37,190 nt of DNA from positions 1-37,190 of the forward strand of contig JAADGT010000352.1 in the NCBI GenBank assembly GCA_013152215.1, given 5' to 3'. Source of the stretch: Deltaproteobacteria bacterium. Lineage in GTDB: Bacteria; Desulfobacterota; Deferrisomatia; Deferrisomatales; Deferrisomataceae. The translations under genes and the position numbers were made by a program. Every line of letters begins with the position of its first letter. Position 1 is the stretch's first letter. The notes under the pieces are model-generated. The model worked only from the letters and a program-made list of their open reading frames with translations, had not been told where the DNA came from and ran no database searches. Positions 19,833 to 28,800 of the stretch are shown one piece after another.

Positions 19833-20846
19833 CTACTTTTTCTCGCCCAGGATCCCTTTCTCCTTGTCGTACACGATGCCCTGATGGGGCACGGGGCCGG
19901 CCTGGAGAAAGTTGCTGCGGAGCCGCCGGTTCAGGGTCTGCTCGGCCTTCCGGCCCAGCTCGAGGAGCTTGTCCATGTCGAGCCCGGTACGCACCCCCAT
20001 CTCCTCGAACATGCCCACCAGGTCCTCGGTGCAGGTGTTCCCCGCGTACCCCCGGTGGTACTCGGCCGCCCCGGTCTTGGGCTGGCCGCCGATGGCCCCC
20101 AGCGAGGTGTCGAAGTACCGGAACCCGAAGGTCAGCGCCACCAGCGAGCACGCCACGCCCCATCCCCGGGTGTCGTGGAAGTGCACCACCACCTCGTCGG
20201 TGGTGAACCCCTCGGCCAGCATGTACTCGTAGAACTCGCTCACCTGCCGGGGGTTGGCCACGCCGGTGGTGTCGCCGAACCCGATGAAGGTAGCGCCGAT
20301 GTCCTTCCACCATTTGCCCATCTTCGCCACGTGGTCCAGGGGCACGTCCCCGTTGATGGGACATCCGAAGCTGGTGAGCACCCACCCGAACACGGTGTGC
20401 CCGGTGTCGATGGCCCGTCGGGTCATCTGCTCCAGCAGCTTCTTGTTCTCGTCGTGGGTCATGTTCACGTTGGCCAGGTTGTGGGCCTCGCTGGCCGAGA
20501 TCACCATGGCGATCTCATCGACCCCGTACCCCTCGTCCTTGCTCTTCACGGCCCGCTCCACGCCCTTGAGGGTGGTGCAGATCGCCCGGTAGTCCACCCC
20601 CTCCTTCCGGGGGATCTGCCGGAGCACCTCCTCGGCGTCGGCAAACTGCTGCAGGTACTTGGGATGGGCGAAGTTGGTGGCCTCGATCTTCTTGAACCCC
20701 GCCTCGACCATGCCCGTGATCATCTCCACCTTCTTTCGGGTGGGCACGATCAGGGGCTCGTTCTGCAGCCCGTCGCGGGCCCAGCACTCGCCGATGATCA
20801 CCTCGTCGGGAAGGTCCATCCGGTGAAGCCTCATGGTGTCGCACAT
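19833..20846 (-). CDS. DRE-TIM metallolyase, HMG-CoA lyase-like (paralog 1)
   Basis: ECWARDGLQNE, GDTTGVANP, HFHDTRG, GNTCTEDLV; AAGGAGG RBS before ATG at 20846. Confidence 0.85.
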   Translation of the reverse strand: MCDTMRLHRMDLPDEVIIGECWARDGLQNEPLIVPTRKKVEMITGMVEAGFKKIEATNFAHPKYLQQFADAEEVLRQIPRKEGVDYRAICTTLKGVERAVKSKDEGYGVDEIAMVISASEAHNLANVNMTHDENKKLLEQMTRRAIDTGHTVFGWVLTSFGCPINGDVPLDHVAKMGKWWKDIGATFIGFGDTTGVANPRQVSEFYEYMLAEGFTTDEVVVHFHDTRGWGVACSLVALTFGFRYFDTSLGAIGGQPKTGAAEYHRGYAGNTCTEDLVGMFEEMGVRTGLDMDKLLELGRKAEQTLNRRLRSNFLQAGPVPHQGIVYDKEKGILGEKK

Positions 20847-21141
20847 GGAAGTCCTCCTTTTGTCGGCTGATAAGGCTGGAAAGCTGGGAGGCGTCCCAAC
20901 GTCCATTATTAACCCGGCGGATAAACAGGCGCTATCGCTCCCTGCTCGCTCGGAGGGGCAAGGGACCTGCCGGAGAGCCGGGCGCGGCCAGATCAGGGGC
21001 CAGAATTCAGATGACAGTAGACAGAAAGGGACTACCCCCGGGCAATTGGCGGGCCGTTTTTTCGGAACACCTGTCCTCTGGCCGCTGAAGTCTGTCTCCT
21101 GAAACCCTTGCCCCGCTCTCCGGGGTAACGCGCCTACTTCA

Positions 21142-21924
21142 TTACCGTCCCCGATACTCCGGCTTCCTCTTCTCGCGAAACGCTCTGAGCCCCTCCAGGC
21201 GGTCCTCGGTGGGGATCAGGGTCTCGTAGCAGGTGCTCTCGAACACCAGGGCGTCGGTCAGATCCATCTCCATGCCCCGATCGATGGCCCGCTTGGCCGC
21301 CCGGACGGCCAAGGGGCCGTTGCGGCAGATGGCCTCGGCCAACTCCCGGGCGGTCTCCAGGAGCCGATCGGGCTGGCACACCCGGTTCACCAGGCCGATC
21401 TCCAGGGCCTCGGCCGCGGTGATCCGCTTTGCCGTGAAGATGAGCTCCTTGGCCTTGGCCTTGCCCACGATCCGGGGGAGCCGCTGGGTCCCCCCGGCGC
21501 CCGGGATGATGGCCAGGCTGGTCTCGGTGAGCCCCAGGGTGGCGGTCTCGCTGGCCACCCGCAGGTCCGAGGCCAGGGCCAGCTCGGTGCCGCCGCCCAG
21601 GGCCACCCCGTTCACCGCGGCGATCACCGGCATGGGAAGGTTCTCCACCTCGGTGAAGGTGGCGCGGATCGTGTGGATGTAGCGTCGGACCTGGTCCTCG
21701 CCCATGCCGGCCCGCTCCTTGAGGTCCGCGCCGGCGCAGAACGCCCGGTCCCCGGCGCCGGTGATGATCACGCACCGCACCGAGGTGTCGAACCGGATCT
21801 CGTCCAGGGCCTCGTTGAGCTCCCGGAGCATCTGGAACGAGATCGAGTTCATCACCCGCGGCCGGTTCAGGGTGAGCAGGCAGAGGCTGCCATCCTTTTC
21901 GACGAGAACGGTGGGCTCGCTCAT
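21142..21924 (-). CDS. Enoyl-CoA hydratase/isomerase family protein (methylglutaconyl-CoA hydratase-like)
   Basis: AFCAGADLKER, ALGGGTELALASD, ETSLAIIPGAGGTQRLPR, DRLEGLRAFREKRKP. Confidence 0.9.
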   Translation of the reverse strand: MSEPTVLVEKDGSLCLLTLNRPRVMNSISFQMLRELNEALDEIRFDTSVRCVIITGAGDRAFCAGADLKERAGMGEDQVRRYIHTIRATFTEVENLPMPVIAAVNGVALGGGTELALASDLRVASETATLGLTETSLAIIPGAGGTQRLPRIVGKAKAKELIFTAKRITAAEALEIGLVNRVCQPDRLLETARELAEAICRNGPLAVRAAKRAIDRGMEMDLTDALVFESTCYETLIPTEDRLEGLRAFREKRKPEYRGR

Positions 21925-21944
21925 GACTCGGTCTCCTTGTGAAA

Positions 21945-21987
21945 GGCTGGAAAGCTGGGAGGCTAGAAAGCTAGAAGGCTGGGAGGC
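21945..21987 (+). repeat. Octamer tandem array (RGCTRGRA)x5
   Basis: GGCTGGAA AGCTGGGA GGCTAGAA AGCTAGAA GGCTGGGA. Confidence 0.85.
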
Positions 21988-22228
21988 CTATTAGCCCGAC
22001 GAACACTTAGGCGCTATCGCCCCCTGATCGGAGGGGCAAGGGACCTGCGTTTCAGGAGCCAGAAGACAGAATCCAGAGAACGGGTTGCAACGTCGGATGC
22101 AGGAGCGTGCTCGTGGTCTTTTCCCGTCTCCGGTCTGCTGAATTCTGGTCCCTGACACCTATGCCCCCCGGCCGTGATATGAAGAGGCGTGGTGATGCTT
22201 AGAACGCCTGGAATTAGGTGGTTTTTTA

Positions 22229-22263
22229 AGCCTTCTAGCCTCCCAGCCTTCTAGCCTTCCAGC
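22229..22263 (-). repeat. Octamer tandem array, inverted partner of 21945-21987
   Basis: AGCC TTCTAGCC TCCCAGCC TTCTAGCC TTCCAGC. Confidence 0.85.
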
Positions 22264-22280
22264 GGGCCGAAAGTCCAAGG

Positions 22281-23180
22281 TCACTTGGACGCAGGCCCTT
22301 TGGCCCGGGCGAGGCGCGCCCGGTTCGCCCGCTTCGCTCGGGCCAGGCGGTCCCCGTCCACACCCGTGTCCACCCCCAGGGTCCGGAACAGCGCCGCGAG
22401 CTCCTCCAGGTCCTGGTTGCCCTCCGGCTCGTCCAGGGCGGGGCAGCCCCCCAGCCCGCCCAGGGATCCGTCGAACCGCCGGACCCCGGCGAGCCAGGCG
22501 GCGAACGCGGCCGCACCGGCCGTGCCCACCGGATCGTGGAGGTGAACCCCCAGGGTCTCCAGGGGCATCACCTCGGCCACGGCCCGGACCCGTGCGGCCA
22601 CCTCCACGGGGGAGGCCCCCCCCAAGGTGTCGCAAAGGGTCAGCTCCGAAAACCCCAGGTCCCGGGCGGCCCGGCACAGCGCCACCACCCGATCCTCCGG
22701 CACCGGCCCCTCCACGGGGTCGGCCCAGGCCATGGAGAGCGCCAGACGCATGCGGGCCCCGGCCGCCGCCTCGACCATGGGGCCGAGCTCCCGGAGCACC
22801 TCTTCGATCGGCCGGCCCAGGTTGGCCCGGCTGTGGGCCTGGGTGGCCGAGAGGAGGCACACCACGTTGCGGGCGCCGGCGGCGAGCGCATCCTCCAGGC
22901 CCCGAAGGTTGGGAACCAGCACCCACGCCCGTTCCGCGTGGGTACTGAGCTGCCGCACCACCTCGGCCGTGCCCGCCATCTGGGGCACGCGGCGCGGGTG
23001 CACGAAGCTCCCCACCTCGGCCTCGGGCACCCCGGCTTCGAGCACCTCGGCCACCCACCGCGCCCGCTCGGCCGGCGGGAGCACGGCCGGCACCGACTGG
23101 AGCCCGTCCCGGGCGGACACGTCCACCAGGGTCACCGTGCGCGGTGCGGTGTTTGCCAGTTCACGTAAGGTGGTAGACAC
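22281..23180 (-). CDS. HMG-CoA lyase-like DRE-TIM metallolyase (paralog 2)
   Basis: RDGLQ, GSFVHPRRVPQMA, LCDTLG, HLHD, GLGGCP; GTG with GGAGGAGG RBS. Confidence 0.85.
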   Translation of the reverse strand: MSTTLRELANTAPRTVTLVDVSARDGLQSVPAVLPPAERARWVAEVLEAGVPEAEVGSFVHPRRVPQMAGTAEVVRQLSTHAERAWVLVPNLRGLEDALAAGARNVVCLLSATQAHSRANLGRPIEEVLRELGPMVEAAAGARMRLALSMAWADPVEGPVPEDRVVALCRAARDLGFSELTLCDTLGGASPVEVAARVRAVAEVMPLETLGVHLHDPVGTAGAAAFAAWLAGVRRFDGSLGGLGGCPALDEPEGNQDLEELAALFRTLGVDTGVDGDRLARAKRANRARLARAKGPASK

Positions 23181-23205
23181 AACCGACCCTCCTCCCGGAA
23201 GGGGC

Positions 23206-23235
23206 TGTATACATGGAGCCTTTGCCGCTCGTCAA
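23206..23235 (-). promoter_or_regulatory. Candidate sigma70 promoter for the leftward genes
   Basis: Minus strand TTGACG-18 bp-TATACA, ~26 bp upstream of the GTG at 23180. Confidence 0.55.
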
Positions 23236-23444
23236 CAGTGTATTGCGCGGTACGTCGGGGGCGGCCGGGGGATGTGGCTGGGGCCCGCCCCCATGGTTGC
23301 GGCCGGCCTGCATGAGGGGGGCGGGGAGAACGCCGGGGGGGTGCCTGGAGAGATTGTGTTGCAATGTCGCCGGGTTGTCGGTGCGGGCGGCAGAGTGGCG
23401 GCGGAAAGGACCGCATTCGCACTTGACGTTAGGTGCGTATCGGG

Positions 23445-23474
23445 TTGACCGGAGAAAGCGAACGGTGTTATACC
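23445..23474 (+). promoter_or_regulatory. Candidate sigma70 promoter for the rightward operon
   Basis: TTGACC-18 bp-TATACC with extended -10 TGn; AAGGAGG RBS follows. Confidence 0.55.
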
Positions 23475-23517
23475 ACTCCGGCCGCGATACCGACCGTAGG
23501 GTGGATAAGGAGGCGAC

Positions 23518-24312
23518 ATGGACGAACGGCCCATCCAGCTCCAGGTGGACGACATCCATCTGAGCTTCGGCGGAGTCAACGCCCTGATGGGCGTGGGGTT
23601 CCAGGTGTACAAGGGCGAGATCTTCTCGATCATCGGCCCCAACGGCGCGGGCAAGACGAGCATGCTCAACTGCATCAGCGGCCGGTACCACCCCCAGCGG
23701 GGCCGGATCGTGTTCGAGGGGCGGGAGATCACGAACCAGCCCCCGGCCACCCGCGCCGAGATCGGGATCTCGCGGACCTTTCAGAACATTGCGCTGTTCA
23801 AGGGGATGACCGTGCTCGACAACCTACTGATCGGGCGTCACATCCACCTGAAGACAGGGTTTCTGAAGGGTGGCATCTACCTGGGCCCTTGCCAGCGCGA
23901 GGAGATCGAGCACCGGAAGTTCGTGGAGGACATCATCGACTTCCTCGAGATCGAGCACATCCGCAAGAAGATCGTGGGTACCCTGGCCTACGGTCTGCAG
24001 AAGCGGGTGGAGCTGGCCCGGGCCCTGGCCCTCGATCCCAAGCTGATCCTCCTGGACGAGCCCATGGCCGGCATGAACCTGGAGGAGACCGAGGACATGG
24101 TGCGCTACATCCTCGACATCAACCAGGAGCGGGGGATCACGGTGATCCTGGTTGAGCACGACATGGGCGTGGTCATGGACATCTCGGACCGCATCGTGGT
24201 CCTCGATTTCGGCCAGAAGATCGGGGAGGGCACGCCCGACGAGGTGCAGAAGAACCCGGACGTGGTCCGGGCGTACCTCGGGGCCGAAGACGAAACCTTC
24301 TTGGGCCGGTAA
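23518..24312 (+). CDS. ABC transporter ATP-binding protein (LivG-like)
   Basis: GPNGAGKTS, SRTFQNIALF, YGLQKRVELARAL, LDEPMAGMN, VEHDM. Confidence 0.92.
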   Translation: MDERPIQLQVDDIHLSFGGVNALMGVGFQVYKGEIFSIIGPNGAGKTSMLNCISGRYHPQRGRIVFEGREITNQPPATRAEIGISRTFQNIALFKGMTVLDNLLIGRHIHLKTGFLKGGIYLGPCQREEIEHRKFVEDIIDFLEIEHIRKKIVGTLAYGLQKRVELARALALDPKLILLDEPMAGMNLEETEDMVRYILDINQERGITVILVEHDMGVVMDISDRIVVLDFGQKIGEGTPDEVQKNPDVVRAYLGAEDETFLGR

Positions 24313-24381
24313 GGCCGGGGGGCCGTCTGTTCGCGAAACGGGACTCGCACCGGCCCCCACGCTCCTCCGGCAGCGGGGTCC

Positions 24382-24552
24382 GGGGCCTGCTTCCGGCCGC
24401 GCGCGAAGCCGAGCATGAGATTCGCCGCGCAGGCACGGGGCATCAGGGGTGGCTTCATGATAGAGCAGTTGACACGAACGATTTCGCGGTGCGAGCGGTG
24501 GAAGCGCTGCGCGGCGAGCTAAGGAGCCGCACGCGGCTCTCCAGCAGGCCCC
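24382..24552 (+). repeat. Structured dispersed element, copy 2 (candidate ncRNA or MITE)
   Basis: Terminal inverted repeat GGGGCCTGCT/AGCAGGCCCC; scaffold nearly identical to the reverse complement of 12899-13082. Confidence 0.85.
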
Positions 24553-24691
24553 ATGCCCCCGGACCGTAAGGTCGAGGCGAAGAGGCATGGTGATTCCTAG
24601 AAGGCGTGGGAATCCGGGAGGTTTTCAAGCCTCCTAACGTCCCAGCCTCCCAGCGTCCTAGCGGAAGTTACATGGAAGGGAGGAACAGCGG

Positions 24692-26611
24692 ATGGTCGAC
24701 CTTCCCCTCGACACCTTTCCCAAGCTCCTTCGCCACAACGCCCGCAAGTGGGGCGACGACCGGGTGGCCATGCGGGAGAAGGAGTTCGGGATCTGGCAGC
24801 CGTACACCTGGAAGGACTACTACGAGCACGTGAAGTACTTCAGCCTCGGCCTGGTGGCCATGGGGCTGAAGAAGGGCGACACGATCTCGATCATCGGCGA
24901 CAACCGGCCCGAGTGGCTCTGGGCCGAGCTGGCCGCCCAGTCCGCCGGGGCGATCGGCATCGGCATCTACCAGGACTCGATCCTGAAGGAGGTGTCGTAC
25001 ATCATCAACCACGCCGCCTCCCGGTTCGTGGTCGCCGAGGACCAGGAGCAGGTGGACAAGGTGCTCGACATGGGCGACGAGATCCCCACGGTGGAGCACA
25101 TCATCTACACCGACCCCCGGGGCATGCGCAAATACGACGATTCCCGGCTCATCTACTTCCCCGAGGTGGAGGAGCGGGGCCGGGAGTTCGAGAAGAAGAA
25201 CCCCGGCATCTTCGACCAGATGGTCGACGCCACCGATCCGGAGGCCTGCGCCCAGATCTGCACCACCTCGGGCACCACGGGCAACCCCAAGCTGGCCATG
25301 CTGAGCCACCGGAACATGCTGAGCATGGCCGCGAACCTGGGCAAGGTGGACCCCAAGTACGAGTCGGATGAGTTCGTCAGCTTTCTGCCCCTGCCCTGGA
25401 TCGGCGAGCAGATGATGTGCGTGGCGAGCGCCCTGCTGTTCGGGTTCACGGTGAACTTCCCCGAGGAGCCCGAGACCGCCACCGAGAACATCCGGGAGAT
25501 CGGGCCCCACGTGATCTTCAGCCCGCCGCGCGTGTGGGAGAATCTGGCCGCCACGGTGCAGGTGAAGATCATGGACGCCTCGCCGTTCAAGCGGTTCCTG
25601 TTCCACAAGTGCCTGCCCATCGGGTACATGTGGGCCGACCTCAAGTTCCAGAAGAAGGAGCCCACCTTCTGGCAGAAGGTCCAGTACGGGCTGGCCTACC
25701 TCATCATGTTTCGGGCCCTGAAGGACCGGCTGGGGTTCTCGAACATCCGCTCGGCCTCCACGGGCGGTGCGGCCCTTGGGCCCGACACCTTCCGGTTCTT
25801 CCACGCCCTGGGCGTGAACCTGAAGCAGATCTACGGCCAGACCGAGATCTCGGGGATCTCCTGCATCCACCACGACGGCGACATCAAGTTCGACACCGTC
25901 GGCAAGCCCATCCCGGAGACCGAGATCCGCATCCACAACCCCGACCCCAAGGGCGTGGGCGAGGTGATTTCCCGGAGCCCCGCCCTGTTCATGGGCTACT
26001 ACAAGAACGAGGAGGCCACCCGCGAGACCATCGTGGACGGGTGGCTGTACTCGGGAGACGCGGGGTACTTCGACGAGGACGGCCATCTGGTCATCATCGA
26101 CCGGATGAAGGACATCATGACCCTGAAGGGGGGCGAGCGGTTCAGCCCCCAGTTCATCGAGAACAAGCTCAAGTTCAGCCCGTACATCAAAGAGGCCGTG
26201 TGCATCGGCCACGAGCGCGACTACATCATCGCCATGATCTGCATCGACTACGGCATCGTGGGCAAGTGGGCCGAGGACCGGCGGATCAACTACACCACCT
26301 ACACCGACCTGGCGTCCAAGCCCGAGGTGTACGGGCTGATCGAGGGCGAGGTCCGCAGGGTCAACGAGAGCCTGACCGAGCACCAGCGGATCCGCAAGTT
26401 CGTGCTTCTGTACAAGGAGCTCGACGCCGACGACGACGAGCTGACCCGTACCCGGAAGGTGCGGCGCCGCTTCATCGACCAGAAGTACGCGGACATCATC
26501 GAGGCGATCTACGCGGACCAGCCCGAGATCCACATCGACACGGTGATCCGGTACCAGGACGGCAAGACCTCTCAGCTCAAGACCACCTTGGCCGTCCGCA
26601 CCCTGGAATAG
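24692..26611 (+). CDS. Long-chain-fatty-acid--CoA ligase (AMP-binding)
   Basis: TTSGTTGNPK, FLPLPW, QIYGQTE, GWLYSGDAG, IIDRMKD, ELTRTRKVRR. Confidence 0.9.
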   Translation: MVDLPLDTFPKLLRHNARKWGDDRVAMREKEFGIWQPYTWKDYYEHVKYFSLGLVAMGLKKGDTISIIGDNRPEWLWAELAAQSAGAIGIGIYQDSILKEVSYIINHAASRFVVAEDQEQVDKVLDMGDEIPTVEHIIYTDPRGMRKYDDSRLIYFPEVEERGREFEKKNPGIFDQMVDATDPEACAQICTTSGTTGNPKLAMLSHRNMLSMAANLGKVDPKYESDEFVSFLPLPWIGEQMMCVASALLFGFTVNFPEEPETATENIREIGPHVIFSPPRVWENLAATVQVKIMDASPFKRFLFHKCLPIGYMWADLKFQKKEPTFWQKVQYGLAYLIMFRALKDRLGFSNIRSASTGGAALGPDTFRFFHALGVNLKQIYGQTEISGISCIHHDGDIKFDTVGKPIPETEIRIHNPDPKGVGEVISRSPALFMGYYKNEEATRETIVDGWLYSGDAGYFDEDGHLVIIDRMKDIMTLKGGERFSPQFIENKLKFSPYIKEAVCIGHERDYIIAMICIDYGIVGKWAEDRRINYTTYTDLASKPEVYGLIEGEVRRVNESLTEHQRIRKFVLLYKELDADDDELTRTRKVRRRFIDQKYADIIEAIYADQPEIHIDTVIRYQDGKTSQLKTTLAVRTLE

Positions 26612-26647
26612 GACCCCTGCAACCCCGTCGCCGGTTTCGGAGGCATC

Positions 26648-27538
26648 ATGGAATTCTACGTTCAGCTCTTGATCAGCGGGCTCGTGTTGGGCTCGATCTA
26701 CGCCTTGGTGGCCCTCGGGTTCGCCATCATCTACAAGTCCACCAGCGTGGTGAACTTCGCCCAGGGCGAGTTCCTCATGGTGGGCGCCTACTTCTGCTTC
26801 TCGATGGTGGTCCAGTACCACGTCCCGTGGCTGTGGGCCTTCTTGATCACCATGGTGTTCTCGGTGGTGCTGGCCCTCCTGGTGGAGCGGTTGGTTCTGC
26901 GGCCCATGATCGGCGAGCCGGTGATCTCGATCATCATGGTCACCATCGGGCTGTCGTCGGTGCTGCGCTCCGTGGTGACCGCAGTGTGGGGCACCCAGAT
27001 CAAGACCTACGACCCGCCGTTGTTTCCGGACACGCCGATCAACCTGGCGGGCATTCCGATCAGCCAGGTGTACCTGTGGAGCTTCGGGCTGTCGATCGTG
27101 CTGCTGGTGCTGTTCGGGCTCTTTTTCAAGTACACCAAGGCCGGGATCGCCATGCGGGCCACGGCGTTCTCGAACCAGGTGGCCCTTTCGATGGGCATCA
27201 GCGTGAAGCGCATCTTCGCCCTGGCCTGGTGCATCTCGCTGGTGGTCTCGTCGATCGGCGGCATCCTCATCGGCAACATCAACGGCATCAACATCTCCCT
27301 GGGCCACTTCGGGCTCAAGGTGTTCCCGGCCGTGATCCTGGGCGGGCTCGACTCGATCCTGGGCGCGGCCGTGGGCGGCATCATCATCGGGGTCCTCGAG
27401 AACTTCTCGGACGGCCTCCTGAAAACCTGGTTCGGGCTCCAGGGGATCAAGGAGGTGGCTCCGTTCGTGTTCCTGGTGATCATCCTGATGGTGAAGCCCT
27501 ACGGCCTGTTCGGCACCGAGGAGATCGAGCGGGTGTAG
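26648..27538 (+). CDS. ABC transporter permease (LivH-like)
   Basis: YALVALGFAIIYKSTSVVNFAQGE, ILGGLDS, KPYGLFG. Confidence 0.9.
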   Translation: MEFYVQLLISGLVLGSIYALVALGFAIIYKSTSVVNFAQGEFLMVGAYFCFSMVVQYHVPWLWAFLITMVFSVVLALLVERLVLRPMIGEPVISIIMVTIGLSSVLRSVVTAVWGTQIKTYDPPLFPDTPINLAGIPISQVYLWSFGLSIVLLVLFGLFFKYTKAGIAMRATAFSNQVALSMGISVKRIFALAWCISLVVSSIGGILIGNINGINISLGHFGLKVFPAVILGGLDSILGAAVGGIIIGVLENFSDGLLKTWFGLQGIKEVAPFVFLVIILMVKPYGLFGTEEIERV

Positions 27539-27618
27539 CAGGGGCGGGTTGCGGACAGCGGGGTGACGGATCCACACGCGGCGGCCCGGCCGCCCATGCC
27601 TGAAAGCAGGAAACCGAC

Positions 27619-28671
27619 ATGAGCGTGAATCACTGCGGTGATTTCAAACAGACCTACAAGGACGACATGCGGGTGCTCCAGACCCGGTTCATCCGGTTCT
27701 GGGTGTACGGGTTCGTGGTGTTCCTGTACGTGTTCCCGCTGATCGCCTCGACCTACGTGGTGAGCCTCACCAACATGATCGGGATCGCCGTGATCGGCGC
27801 CCTGGGCATCAACATCGTCACGGGGTTCACCGGCCAGATCTCTCTGGGGCAGGGGGCGTTCCTGGGGGTGGGGGCGTTCTCCTGCGCGTTCTTCATGAAC
27901 GAGTGGGGGATCCCGTTCTGGCTTGCCATGCCCATGGCGGGGCTCGTGACCGCGGCCGTGGGCATGATCTTCGGTATCCCGAGCCTGCGCTTGAAGGGCC
28001 TGTACCTGGCCATCGCCACCCTGGCCGCCCAGTTCATCCTGGAGTACCTGTTCCTGCACCTCGAGGGGATCACGGGCGGCTCCAACGGGGTGATGTTCCC
28101 CTCGCCCCAGGTGGGGGAGTTCTACTTCGACACGGACCAGAGCATCTACTACGTGATCATCACCGTGGCGGTGCTCACCACCATCTACACCACGAACCTG
28201 TTCCGGTCCAAGGACGGACGGGCCTTCGTGGCGGTGCGCGACCACTACCTGTCGGCCGAGATCATGGGGATCCACCTGTTCAAGTACCGGCTGCTGTCGT
28301 TTGCGATCAGCTCGTTCATCGTGGGCATCGCCGGCAGCCTGTGGGGCGCCTACACCCAGTACATCACCCCCGAGCACTTCACCATCGCCGAGTCGATCAA
28401 CTACCTGGCCATGATCATCATCGGCGGCATGGGCAGCGTGCTGGGCTCGATCTACGGCGCCATCTTCATGACCCTGGTGCCGAACCTGCTGAGCTACGGC
28501 ACCTCGGTGCTGGCCAACGTGTGGTCGGGCGCGGGCGATCTGATCATGAGCCTGAAGGAGGGCATCTTCGGGCTGATCGTGGTACTGTTCTTGATCTTCG
28601 AGCCGGACGGGCTGGCCCACCGGTGGAAGCTGATCAAGGCGTACTGGAAGCTGTATCCGTTCAGCTACTGA
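27619..28671 (+). CDS. ABC transporter permease (LivM-like)
   Basis: GFTGQISLGQGAF, PSLRLKGLYLAIATLA, IIGGMGS, FEPDGL. Confidence 0.9.
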   Translation: MSVNHCGDFKQTYKDDMRVLQTRFIRFWVYGFVVFLYVFPLIASTYVVSLTNMIGIAVIGALGINIVTGFTGQISLGQGAFLGVGAFSCAFFMNEWGIPFWLAMPMAGLVTAAVGMIFGIPSLRLKGLYLAIATLAAQFILEYLFLHLEGITGGSNGVMFPSPQVGEFYFDTDQSIYYVIITVAVLTTIYTTNLFRSKDGRAFVAVRDHYLSAEIMGIHLFKYRLLSFAISSFIVGIAGSLWGAYTQYITPEHFTIAESINYLAMIIIGGMGSVLGSIYGAIFMTLVPNLLSYGTSVLANVWSGAGDLIMSLKEGIFGLIVVLFLIFEPDGLAHRWKLIKAYWKLYPFSY

Positions 28672-28800
28672 TCGGGAAAGGAGGTGAACCGGGAGCGGAA
28701 ACCCAAAGGAACGTCGCTGGTGCACGTCGAGGGAGGGATTTTCGGTTTCGGTTTCGAAAAACGTGGCCCTGTGCCAACCCATGGGAAGAGGAGGATGGAC

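Noticed and set aside
28684-28800. N-terminal ORF-track extensions (also 30033, 34469, 11976, 10738, 9842, 20385, 16280, 14729)
   Set aside because: Downstream starts have better RBS, signal peptides or domain boundaries; the extensions run through spacers or neighbouring genes.
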